A DNA stretch of 64,000 bases from Octopus bimaculoides (taxonomy: Eukaryota), in contig NC_068999.1 in assembly GCF_001194135.2 (NCBI RefSeq), forward strand, positions 32,829,910-32,893,909. Reading direction: 5' to 3'. This document shows, piece after piece, positions 25,935 to 37,949 of this stretch (the stretch's first letter is position 1; each line of letters starts with the position of its first letter). The position numbers and the translations under genes are program-made. A model generated the notes under the pieces. That model searched no databases and was not told where the DNA came from. It worked only from the letters and a program-made list of their open reading frames with translations.

Positions 25935-27172
25935 ATGCACATATAAAAGAAGTAAATAGACACCCCTTTAATCATTAAAATTTATTTAAATCTGAAATTA
26001 TACATTCAAATTATTTATTAATTGCTATAATATGAATATTTAATATTTAGTAGACATGCCCTTTGCATTTTTCAATGCAAGGATCCTGTTAGGCATGTTA
26101 CTGATCAGATGACGAATATTTTCTTGCTGAATTTCTTGCCAAGTTTCATGAAGTAATCTCAAAAGATCTGGCTTTGAAGATGCTTTCTTGTTCTTTTATG
26201 GAAGTGTCCTGTCCATTATGTCCCAGAGGTGTTCAGTAGGGTTCAAATCTGGTGACTGTTTGGCCATGGAATCTTTTTAATGGCATTCTCATCCAGTAAA
26301 TTGAGACCATTTTAGCCATGTGACAAGGAGCCTCATCTTCTTCCATGAATAAAAACTCTTCTTTAATCATTTCACCACTGGAGAAGATTGGAACGAGTTC
26401 TTTCTGCAATATGGACACAGATTTATCTGAGTTTATGTCTCCCTCATACTCCACCAGCTCTGATCAACCATTGCTCCGAATTGCTCCCCAGACCATCACA
26501 GAATAATTGCTGTGTTTCATTGTTGGCTGCAATCTTTTCACACCAAATTCTTGATCACAGAGTCTCCAGACCCACACTCGTTACTGTCAGGAAATACTGA
26601 CAAATCTGGACTCATCAGAGAATATGACAGTGTCCCAAACTGCTAGTGGTCTCTCCACCACCTCACTGGCCCAATCTTTTCTCCACTTGATATTGGCTGG
26701 TCGAAGAAGTAGCTTCCTTCTTGCTGCTTTGCCAGAATAACCAAGTTTGTTGAGATACCTGACAACTGTTCTGGGACTGACTCAACTTGTTCTGCTATGT
26801 CAGAGGACTTGCAACAAGGATTATCTTCCACACTTAGCAAAGAGGAGGGCCCTGGTTGATCTGGGCGAGGTGATGTGAACTCCTTCCCCTCTCTGGTGAA
26901 TTGCACAATCACTCTATTAATTGTAGTATGCGGGATCCCAAGGTTTTCTGCGAATTTATGCTGACCATGTCCACCTTCGGAATGACCTACAATACAGCTT
27001 CTTTGAATTCAGACAGTTGCAAGACTTCTTTTGTACATGACATGATTAAACAGTCACATATAGAACCTGAAACATAAAAATGTCAATTAATAAAAACTAT
27101 AAACTGTTCCGAGTTAGAATAAACATAAAATGAGGTTTTACGGGGTGTTTATTTACTTTTGTCATGTCTGTA
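25935..27172 (-). mobile_element. Tc1-like DNA transposon, decayed near full-length copy 2
   Basis: TIR remnants aagtaaatagacacccc (25950-25966) and ggggtgtttatttacttttgtcatgtctg+TA (27142-27172). Frameshifted transposase: [48 protein letters not shown]. Confidence 0.9.
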
Positions 27173-27178
27173 TATATA

Positions 27179-27463
27179 CAGGAGTTATAGAATGGAGTAA
27201 CTGGAATTATATAATCACATTCATTGACTTTCATCGCAGACAATGAATGTGGTGAATCTTGTATTCTTTTTCGCACGCTTGGCAACCCTGGTTGTCTACT
27301 GAGGAATATAAAAGGAACTTTTTTCAACTCATCATTCTTCGATAAAAGAAAATAAATCCACAAACTTTCATCTCAATAAAGCACTATTGTTCTTGAAAGT
27401 TGTTTTTTTATATTTACTATGCTTGAAGCTAACTTTCTTCATACATCTCGATCCCTAAATCTG

Positions 27464-27494
<31 letters not shown>

Positions 27495-27641
27495 CATGTA
27501 TAGATGGCAAAAGAACAGGACCCGTGCTACTGCATTCATTGTTTGTAATGAAGCTGTGTCTTACTGTCATTCACTCCTGAGTGTACAATCTTGTATAGAG
27601 GAATCAACTGTCAGTTAATGAATGTGATTATATAACTCCTG
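27179..27641. mobile_element. Non-autonomous TIR element (MITE-like, about 460 bp)
   Basis: Left end caggagttata[+~20-nt insert]tataatcacattcatt and right end aatgaatgtgattatataactcctg are inverted repeats. Preceded by TA; no ORF. Confidence 0.65.
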
Positions 27642-29039
27642 TTCTTTTGTCATTTGTTAATATTACACTTTGTACTTCTGATTTCTATAGAATTCCAGAG
27701 GTGAGGACATTCATGCTACCTCTCCACTGGAACTTAGAAATATGATACATTATACATCAACTGGTTGATTTTTTGGTCTCGCTGTGTCTAAGCAGAATTA
27801 TAATACACACACACACACACTTTTTATTAAAGCTGTTCGCTTGACAGTTTTGATCAGTATGACCACAACCGTCTGACAAGCAGTAATGTGAAACTCTGAG
27901 TAACAGTCTGAAAATTTTTTGCAGCTTTAATAAAATGCCTATAACTCTATCTTTGATAATCAAATACTAATTTTTCCACCTTGTTTTTTATTTATGTGCT
28001 TACTTGTGCATGTATGTATGTGTAAATATATATATATATATATAATGTATATATACCAACACACACTTAAGTGCATGCACAAGAATAAATGTTATTGTCT
28101 GTATATACTCACTTGAAACAGACTATTGTTTAATAATTACCTGACTGGCAGGTGTGTTCAGGTGTCAAAATATACTGTTGTTGTGGTGTTGGTGGTGTTG
28201 GTGACTAGCCAATTTCACAATTGTTCAAACATACTTGATGGAATCGTCAATAATTAATTTTAATCTTCGTTCAATTTATTCTACCTTAAATGCAACAGTC
28301 AATATCCAAGCAGATTTAGTGCATTGATGATGAAAAATTTTAATCTAATCAACCATTTTACTTTTTTGGAAATTTCTGTGGTTTTTGTTGGGTTTCTTTT
28401 TTGTCAAGGGATTTCTTTTGCATTCTGTTTTCCTCCATGTATATTCAGTTATTATTATTATTAGCCTTTGCTCTGAGTACAGTGCTATGTTTTCATTCAG
28501 TAAGTTTTGTCAAAATCATTAATTTATTTGCCTGATGAGGATTTTGTTACCACATGTTTTATTGTAGATTTTGTTGTAGAACTGGGTGGGAGCAAAGAGA
28601 CTGGGGGGGGGGGGGCAATTTATTTGCCTAAGCAGTGGGGCAAAGGCTTAAAACAGCAACATTATATTAAAAACTTTTTTTCAAAAGAGAATAAACAAGA
28701 GAGGTGAGTATGAGTTACAGGAGGAGGAAGAGAATGAAGTGTGGAATGTGGTGATAGTGGGAGAGGTAGTAGTTGAATTGACAGCTGAAGATCAACCATT
28801 GCCATGTCAGTTCCTTCTATCACCACCACCATCAAGCAAGGAGTCATAAGCCATCCACATCAAGACCTTCCTAGCTGCTGTTTGTTATATTCATTCATTT
28901 GTTAATTTATAACACAAAATCAACAGCTTGCCTGTGTTGATTTTATCGAAAAGTTAACTTCTAAAACTTGAAATTTTCCCTGAATTGAGTACACCACAAG
29001 GATCCATCATTACTTACATTTACCCTTTTCAGCCTGTAG

Positions 29040-30360
29040 CTAACTACACAATCTGCCTGTACCTTGTCAAAACATACAGACACCACCATATACAGATGAC
29101 ATCACTCTCATATATTTAAACTATTCTCCAACGCTGCATCAGTCACCAAGAAGCCTGATCCCAGAATAACAGACTTAAAGTAGCACCCACCAAATCCACT
29201 GCCTCCCTTATTAATCAGCAATGTCAGAGTACAGCATAAGCAACTTGTTTTAAACACTCAACAACACACACAGACACACACACACACAAAACAAAATATT
29301 AGGCACCATTGTCTGCAAACTCAACTCAACATTCACAGAACTACTAAAAGATACCATCATTATCATTTGACATTTGTTTTTCCATTTTGGCATGGGTTGG
29401 ACAGTTTGACTGGAGCTGGTAAGGCCGGAGGCTGCACCAGGCTCCATTATCTGTTCTGGCATGTTTTGTTTCTGCAGCTGGATACCTTTCCTAACACAAA
29501 CCAAAACAATACACAAATGTACTGAAAGCAATCATATCTACCATATTTAGATCCAGCAACAGCTATAGTGTGTAAACAATACATCATCAATCATGGACAT
29601 GCCAGTCCTGCCTCGGATCCCAATCTCTCCTCCGTGAACCACTGGAAATCACAAGGCAAACAAAAAACAAAAAAACAAAACACAGGCATGGCTGCATGGT
29701 AGGAAGTTTGTTTCCCAATCACATGGTTCCAGGTTCAGTCCCACTGCATAACACCTTGGGCAAGTGTCTTTTACTATAGCCATGGGCCAACTAAAGCGTT
29801 ATGAGTGGATTTGGTAGGTGGAGACTGAAAGAAGCCTGTTGTGTGTTTGTGTTTGTCCTCACCACCATCACTTGACAACTGGTGTTGGTGTGTTTATTCC
29901 TCCATAATTTAGCAGTTCAGCAAGAGAGACCAATAGATTAAGTACCAGGCTTAAAAAGAATAAGTTCTGGGGCCAATTTCTTCAACAAAACAACTTTTTA
30001 AGATGGTGCTTCAGCATGGCTACAGTCAAATGACTGAAACAAGTAAAAGAAAGAATAAAGAAATCATAACAGGTTGTACACCAGCCCCACCCACAAATCA
30101 ATTACACAACAAAAAAATCAAAAATTAAAGACCAGCCATCTGAGTGTGTGAGGGGCACCATCTCCTACGTCAGTAAGCTTCAACCCTGACAGTCTCAGCC
30201 ACTACATAAGAACAACTTACGAATATCCAGAAACATATACTACACTCCAGAACATAACTACTGCAACACTATCTCTCCCATACTACTCAGATGAACACAA
30301 GGAACACAAGGAACACAGACGTGCTCTCACTGGCTGCAAACACTATACTTGGATGCGCAC
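29040..30360 (+). mobile_element. I/Jockey-like LINE RT remnant interrupted by younger repeats
   Basis: PYTDDITL (YADD equivalent, about 29086), LKVAPTKST, LEIT (about 29643) resuming as IITGC (about 30064) after a SINE-B insertion. The clade is tentative. Confidence 0.5.
29677..30060 (+). mobile_element. SINE family B, full-length, decayed
   Basis: ggcatggctgcatggtaggaagtttgtttccc...ggtgcttcagcatggctacagtcaaatgactgaaacaagtaaaag. Confidence 0.85.
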
Positions 30361-30362
30361 TA

Positions 30363-30541
30363 TTCACCCTTTAGCATTGAAACTAGCCAGAGCTGGCCTC
30401 TCACCTCAATCCTACAATATCATTCTAAAACTAAAGTCCTATCATTGAACTCTCTAAACTACAAGATAATGCATGGTTAATTCAAAACAATATAAATAAA
30501 CAAACATATTTGACAGAGTAATCTGAATACTAAAGGGTTAG
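30363..30541. mobile_element. piggyBac-like MITE (decayed)
   Basis: ccctttagcatt...gacagagtaatctgaatactaaagggtta, the same family as 32413-32612 and 50229-50449. Confidence 0.65.
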
Positions 30542-32412
30542 TAATAAGTGTATAAGATCAGCAACTGCTGCACGCTGATGCAGTTTCCCACCTCAACTAT
30601 GTCCATGTCCAAACTCTACAGCTGTAGAAAATAGAATGGACAGTGGAGATAGTGCAACATGTGCAGTGCCTACAGGCATATAGAAACAGAGTTGACAGTG
30701 GGGAGAGTGCAACATATCTAGACTGTAACACTGCAACCTATGCAAGTTATCACTGCATGTTAGCATGCAGCATCTACAGGTGCACAGAATTCAATTGGCC
30801 GGAGGAAGGAATATGACATATCCAGACTGTCATGGTGCATCCTATGCAAATCACTGCATACCAGAGTGTGCAATCTGGCTCTTAATGGAAAGACATGAGC
30901 AAGGCATTGACTTCTTCAGCACTAAATAAGTATATATTACTAATGTAACACAATGAGGTGTTATTTGGAGTTTCTTGGTTTTTAACATTTAGGATTTATA
31001 AATAAAGCCTTTGTGTGTTGTTGTTGTTGTGGTGGTGGTGTATATGTGGGGGAGTTGTTTGTGTGTTGGCAGTGTGCATGTTTCTCTGTGTGCATTTTTG
31101 GAATGCACATACGTGAGTGCATCTGCAATGTGTGTGTGTTGCATGTGTATGTACAGGAGATTCTCGTTTGTGTAATGGTGTGTGAGTATGCATGCATTTC
31201 TGTATGTTGGTAGTGTCCATGTCTGTCTATCTGTTTATGTTGTGTTGTATGTGTGCGTTGGTGTCTGTGTATGTTAGTGGTATGTGTACGGTTGTGTGTG
31301 CATATCTGGTGTGTATGCATTTGTGTGTTCAAGTTGATGTATGTGTTTGTTAATGTGCTTGTATGTTGATGGTTTGTCGCTGTTATAATGTATGCGTTTG
31401 TGATATGGTGTGTAGTAGTATTTAGGGTGTGGGTTATATGATTGATGTTTGTTTATGTGTGTGATTGCCTCTCTAAATTTACATGCATATGAGTGACTGT
31501 TTCTGTGTGTGTGCACTATTTTCTCTCATCAATAATTAGTAATTGACCCCCACCCTCCCCAACAGGAAATAGTGTTGTTTTAAAACTTCAGAAATGAAAA
31601 TATTTGAAATTGAATTTAATTCTAACAAATATTTCCCAACACTTCTTATAAATAAATAAATAGAATATAGTGGTGGGGTGGTTTAATACCGCTTGCATAT
31701 TTGATTAGTATTTTTATTGTTTTTCAACATCATCATCACCACCATAAGCACAAACATCACTACCATCACCACTATCACCATTCCCTATTTTCACCATCAT
31801 CACCACTGTCATTACCACCAACACCTTCACCATTGCCACCACCACAACCATCATCATCATCATCAACACTCTCACCCAGCCATTACGATCATAATCACCA
31901 ACACCTTCATCACTGCCACCACCACCACCACCACCATCATCACTATGGTGATGATCATCATCATTATCACCTATACTTTCATAGCCATCATTACTATCAC
32001 CATTACTATTATTAATGTGCCCCTGCTTTGTACAGTGTAATGAGGTCAAGAAAACCCTTGGGATCTAGAACAAAGTATCATTGAAAGGTACTATTTTACT
32101 AAATACTATTTTATTTGATTATGTCTCCATTCTGAACATTCTTCCTCCATCTTTTTATAACATATGAAGACATCCTCCTTCACACACACAATGCCTCCCC
32201 TCCCCCTTCCACCCTCCCTCTAATTCCCTTTCTACATTGTTCATTCTCTCTCTCTCTCTCTAGTTCTTTTCCTTTGCTTCTTTCTCTCTCTCTCTCTCTC
32301 TCTCTCTCGTTCACATTCTCTCCATTGCTCACATTTTCTATGTGTACCTGCAATAACTCAGTAAAGATGCTGTGCCACTGGCCCAGAAAATATCAGTATG
32401 AAGCTTTCATGT

Positions 32413-32612
32413 TTAACTCTTTAGCATTTAAATTGTTTTCTACCTGTTTTTGTGTTCAGAACCAGACAGATCTGGCCTCTCACACCTACCCTTAAATGTC
32501 ATTCTTAAAATAAACAATCACATCATCGAAATCTCAAAGCATAATTTATTCAAAACAATGTGAATAAATAAGTATTACATTTGACAGAGTAATCTGAATG
32601 CTAAAGGGTTAA
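32413..32612. mobile_element. piggyBac-like MITE (TTAA-flanked)
   Basis: TTAActctttagcatt ... aatgctaaagggTTAA. Further partial copies at about 32845-32975 and 33305-33342. Confidence 0.75.
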
Positions 32613-32984
32613 ACCAAACCATGAATCTGGGAGCTAATAGCAATGCCTCTACATGGATGCTCAATATGCTAGAATTAGCAGCCAGATCTTCCTCAAACCA
32701 TACTTATCTTAAAATAGAAATGACACATTAGATAATGTAGTTTCAGATGCACTGTGTCTCAATGAAATGCAGGATGATCATTGCTAGAACCTCTTTGGTT
32801 GAAGATTTGCTTAATCAGGGCTAAATTGGAACTAAACAACAACTTAGCCCATTTGCATTTAAACTGGCCATATCCAGCCCTAATATTCTACTGCTTTTAT
32901 GTTCAAACCAGCTAGATCTGGCCTCTCATACTTATCCCACATTGTTATTTTAAAAATAAACTACCACATCATTGGGGCCTCACT

Positions 32985-33305
32985 AAGGAAATAACAAGGG
33001 ATCAGGAGATGTGGCAATTTGCTGTGCTTGATAAGACATGTCAAGCTAAGTAAAATCGCTGTCTTCCACCTCATACAGGCTTGTCCTTTCAGGTGCTGGT
33101 GCTACATAAAATGCACCCTTGCTGGTGGCATGGGAAAAGCACTCAGCCACTCTGTTAAGTGGCTGGCATTACAAAGGGCATCCAGTCATAGAAACTGTGC
33201 CACAACAAATAGTTGGAGTCTGGACAGCTCTCCGCTAGCCAGATCCATGTCAAACCATCCTACCATGCCAGCAAGGAAAGCAGATGTTAAACGATGATGA
33301 TGATG
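32985..33305 (+). mobile_element. RTE LINE extreme 3' end with UTR and (GAT)n tail
   Basis: KEITRDQEMWQFAVLDKTCQAK* followed by the family 3'UTR ending gatgttaaacgatgatgatgatg. Confidence 0.75.
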
Positions 33306-34913
33306 AACATTTGACAGAGTAATCTGAATGTTAAAGGGTTAAATCTTACAAATTTCATTGATAGAATATTGGCTAACATAAGGTTTTGGTAAAAACTCCT
33401 AGCCAGAAAACCATGCAGTAGAATTGACCCTGGTGTTACATGATCTCAAAGTGACCACACATCATTCCCTGTCACCATACATATACAGAAAGAGAGGGGG
33501 AGAGACCCACCTACCTCAATGAAACAGTTCTGGAAGCGGTGTATTCTACCTACATGTGACATTAATTCACACACCCTCAATGAACCAAACTACATCTCTT
33601 CCTCTCCTCTTCTCTTCTTCATGCACTATGCTTATCTCTCCCTCCCACTCCTGTTCCCCAATCCTGTCCTCCTTGCCAACTGTATCATAGCTGTTTTGTC
33701 ACTCCCCCCCCCATATACCCTTGTTTTACCCTCACTACATTCCCTCTTTCCTCCTCTCTCTCTTCTTGCATTTCCCTGAACTCCCTACTCCATCACCTTG
33801 AGCAATCCTCAACCGTTCCATTTATATTCACATCCTTATTTCTTTTGCCTTTTCTTACTCTTATAGAGAGTGAAGCATGATGCAGTTGTCTGGCTTACCA
33901 GCTCCTGTCAAACTGTTCAACCCATGCCAGCATGGAAGACTGACATTAAATGATGGTGATGATATATATCTAATAGAGGGACAAGAACAAGAGTCATACC
34001 ATAGAAAGATATATGGCTATCCCCTTCTGAAAAGAGAGACAGAGTCATTGTAACCTGCCTAAATCCTACAGCTTGTTAGATCTTGTCAAGATATCCAACC
34101 CATGCCAGCATGGAAGATGGGCATTACATGTTGAAGATGATTACACACATATGCTTAATAGGAAATCTATAGCAACATCCAAAGAATTTTTGAAAGCCAC
34201 AAATCAACTGAAATCTTTGTATTCTGATATTACTGCTTGGAATAAAGTTTCAATAACTAAACCAGAACTAAACGAAGTCATTAAAAAGTTGAACAGTAAA
34301 ACTTAATGACAAATCAAACATCACTACAGTTGTATAGACATCAGAGAGTGCCATAATAACATGAAAGATTCCAAATATTAGAGAACCACTGAAATCATTC
34401 TCATAGACAAACGAGAATGGTTAAAAGAAATTTCTCAAATCTAAAGATTTTGATGCATATATTTGGTGTGTGAAATATGTATAGTGGTGGAAAGTTCTAT
34501 TTATGTGCTGCGATGCTTTCCCTTCCCTGATGAGCTAGTTCACTTCGTTTCTTAAACATGTGATTGGTCACCGCCAACACCCATGTGATAAATTCATTTC
34601 ATGTGTATGTATGTATATATTCTGCACATATTTCATCCTCCTTTCTACAATGAGTTACCTCCCCATTTCACTGAAATCACTTCCTTTTAAAACCCATCTC
34701 TCATTCTCAATATTGTCTCATCCCACTTAATTTTCAACTGATTACCACTCTCTGTGCCTCCAATTTCTTCCTTCCTCTCTGAGTTACATCTTAGGACTAC
34801 TATACTTCATCTTATCTCCCACCATTCTCAGCACCCTCTCTTATCTGTCTTCAATGGCCTCTCCCCAACCTTTCTCCCCCTCACTCACTATAGCCACCCC
34901 TACATCTGACATC

Positions 34914-34952
<39 letters not shown>

Positions 34953-35037
34953 AGAATTCACAGAAAAACAGCAGACGAAGACAGGTGGTGTAGAAAACAA
35001 ACAGATGTATTAGTATAACGCTCGAGAATTGAAAAAG

Positions 35038-35075
35038 TCTTTAACGTTTCGAGCCTATGCTCTTCCACAGAAAGA
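35038..35075 (-). ncRNA. Minimal type-I hammerhead ribozyme-like motif (variant core)
   Basis: Minus strand reads UCUUU-CUGUGGA-A-GAGC(AUAG)GCUC-GAAAC-GUU-AAAGA: 5-bp stem I, 4-bp stem II, palindromic ACGU stem III. The core differs from CUGANGA at position 6 (A to U). Activity is untested. Confidence 0.55.
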
Positions 35076-36534
35076 GACACAGAAAGAAACAAGGAGAGAA
35101 ACACCCCTCTCCCGCCTTCCTCATTATCTCCCTCTTTTCTGATCTATTGACAGGTTTATTATACTGCTGCCCTCCACTCTTCCTGTGTTGCCACTTGTCA
35201 CTCCTCTTTCCTGTGCCACTCCTATTTCTTTCACCTACCCACCTGTACTGATGTTTACCATCAACCACCATTCTATCCTTGTCCCCTTTGTAATGTTCAC
35301 CCCCCAACCCCATTTCTAACAATCTGTCCTCATCCTTTGTCCACACTTTCTTATACTCACCTTCTTGGAAGTACATTGTAACATCACTATCACTGTCTTC
35401 TCTCCAGCTATTCCCATTCAACCTTACATAATGCAAGGCAGTCCTCTATTATATGACACTTGTACTTACCTCTGCATCTTACATTTATCTCTCAATGCCT
35501 GGCATAAAGCCTTCTCCTCCTTCTCTACTACAACTCTTAGTCTCTGCTTAGTCAAGGGGTCTTGTGACCTCAGTAATGTCAGTGTCACAAAAAAAAAAGC
35601 ACCTAATACACTCTGTAAAGTGGTTGGTTTTTAGGCAGGGAATCCAGCCACAGAAACCATACCAGAATAGATATTGGAACTAAATGCTGTCTTTTGACTT
35701 GTTGCATCCTGTTAAATCATCCAAGCCACACAAGTATTGAAGATGTATATTAAATGATGATGATAATGATTTTTATGTGTGTGTAGATAGATAGATAGAT
35801 AGACCACACACATACTTATTCCTGAACATGTGTGTATAATTGAAAAAGGAAACAAAAACAACAAAGTGTGGGAGCGATTTATTTAGAACAGTTAAGAATC
35901 TAAAATTGTTGTTCATTCCAATAAAGCTGCCCTGTAGCATTACACCTGAGTTGCAAAGATAGTAAACTCTCAAAGGTAGTTTAACCCAAGTAAAGTGGTG
36001 AATGGTAACTTTCATATCCATTTTGACTAGAGTTCTTTTTGTTTGTTTTCGTTTTCCAATTATTGAATTACATCTGAAAACAAACTAAAATAACACAAAA
36101 CTAAAGTTTTGCTTCCTTAGAGTAAACTTTCAGCATCTGCTGGAATAATTCCTAGTGGAATAAATGGTTATTGGTTGGAGATTGGGTGAGACTAAGAATT
36201 ATATAAGAGAAGCTGATCTTCCTCATGTGTTACTGTCGTGTGTTGTGAGAGATTTACTTGTTATATTGAGCAGGTTGGGAGACTGTTGTACAGGAATTTC
36301 TCCCACTCTCTCTCTGTCTCTTTTTCTTTTTATCTTTTTCTTTCTCTCTCTCTCTCTCTCTCATATGTATGTAGAACTGTTACAATAGATAGGGTTTATC
36401 TTTGATGTGTGTCTGTTGATTGGCTCTAGTGGTGGTGGTGGTGGTGGTGATTTCTAAATAGCATTTGTACAAATACATTTACACACCTGCCTCTAGCATT
36501 TAGTTAATAAACATAACCAGTTTTCATGTAGTAC

Positions 36535-36590
<56 letters not shown>

Positions 36591-36771
36591 AGCATAGCAG
36601 TTCTAGTAACAGCTGTTGTTGATGTCTTTCCTCATTCAACTTTACCTCTCTAGTTGTATCACTCCACAATTAACAAGAACTGTTACGAAGAAACGATCAA
36701 TGATTCAATTAGTAGCTGCCATCGATTGGTGAAATATGTATCACACACTTCCTGGTGGACAACATCACCAA

Positions 36772-37033
36772 GAGGTAATATTTACCCCTACTTAAATGTG
36801 GATTTTCTGTTAGAACAAACTATACTGTGATAGATACCATGCAAGAAACTCTCATATTGGCTTTTGGTGGTTTTGGCACTGGAGATGGCAGAGATTTATC
36901 TCCCTGCTCACGATATAAACAAGAGTGCACTTTTGCACCATAAGCCAATATAGGAGTTTCTCTCTTAGTATCTACTGCAGAATAGTTTGTTCTAATGGAA
37001 CAGCCATGTTTAAGTGGGGATAAATATCCCCTC
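36772..37033. mobile_element. Fold-back / MITE-like element with 92-bp inverted arms
   Basis: 36778-36869 versus reverse complement of 36936-37027: 73/92 identical with no indels; 66-nt spacer. Confidence 0.75.
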
Positions 37034-37949
37034 CCAGTATTAATACTGCCTCTGTCGCTAATCTCCTAATATAATAATAAGCATAGTGTTTTTATATTTT
37101 TGTATATAAATCACAGAGTAGAAGTAGGACAGAGTAGGGGAAAGAGTAGTATAAACGTAGGGAGAGGAGAGAAAATAGCAATTCAGTGAAGAAGTATTGA
37201 GAGTAATAGCCCTGGCTGAGAGAGAGTGAGAGAAAGTAATAGCAATGGAGAAAGGAAGGGGTGAAAAAAAAAATCAGCACTTCAATTCTGTGTGAGTATA
37301 TGTGTGTGTATGTAAAAGGGAGGTATGGGAATGTTTGTTTATGTGGGGGGAGGCAATGGAAATGGGATGGTGAATGTTTAATGCTGAAAAGAAAAATCAA
37401 ACAGCATTTCAACTCTTTTTAAGTATATGTGTGCATGTACAAGGGAAATATGTGAATGTTTGTATCTGATTATTATGTACTTTATTTTATACCTTATATA
37501 TAAAATACTACATTTAGCCATCATTAGTATATATATTTTAACATCACTTTATAGCATCTTGATCCACATTCGTCTTTCTGTGATCAGTATCCTAAAATGT
37601 ACCTGTCTCCTTTAAAATGAAACAATACAGTTAAATAGAGCAGTGGCTTATTGTGCTGGAGTTTACACCCACTGCTGTGATATTTGGCTCAACTCATTTT
37701 AAATCTTTATTGATGTAGTTCATCTGTCATTTTGTGGAATGTGTACCAAATCATCTGGGGATGATAGCTGTGTTATACTGGGGTTCTAGGGTCTGATACC
37801 TTATTTTGATGTATAAAATGAATTCTTTATTATTGGTGCTTGATGAAAGCATTGAACAAAATGCCTTGCAGTATTTGTTTTGGCTCTTTCTAAGGTCAAA
37901 TCTTGCCAAGGTAGATTTTTGCTTTCAGCAGCAGCAGTAGTAGTAGTAG

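Noticed and set aside
28321-28540. C-box (TGATGA) and D-box (CTGA) like motifs
   Set aside because: The spacing is too long, there is no terminal stem or recognisable guide, and the motifs are common in this composition.
28568-28709. Strong donor AG|gtgagt at 28703/28704 with upstream AG acceptors
   Set aside because: Both candidate exons (136 and 124 nt) hit stops in the dlg frame; a non-coding role cannot be supported from sequence alone.
31701-32049. His/Thr/Ile-rich ORFs of 104-111 aa
   Set aside because: Translations of (CAT/CAC)n microsatellite open in several frames; no splice signals or domain.
34073-34450. ORF with ITKPELNEVIKKL resembling a LINE RT N-terminus
   Set aside because: A single weak motif with no downstream RT motifs; not enough to annotate.
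34527-34552. CTGATGAG hammerhead-core start (also CTGATGA at 11714 and 28532, and on the minus strand near 507)
   Set aside because: No stem II followed by GAAA-NUH in register; the 507 instance is the Tc1 SDES codons.
35041-35436. 131-aa minus-strand ORF next to the hammerhead-like motif
   Set aside because: Derived from purine-rich low-complexity sequence; no GIY-YIG or RT motifs, so it is not evidence of a coding Penelope element.
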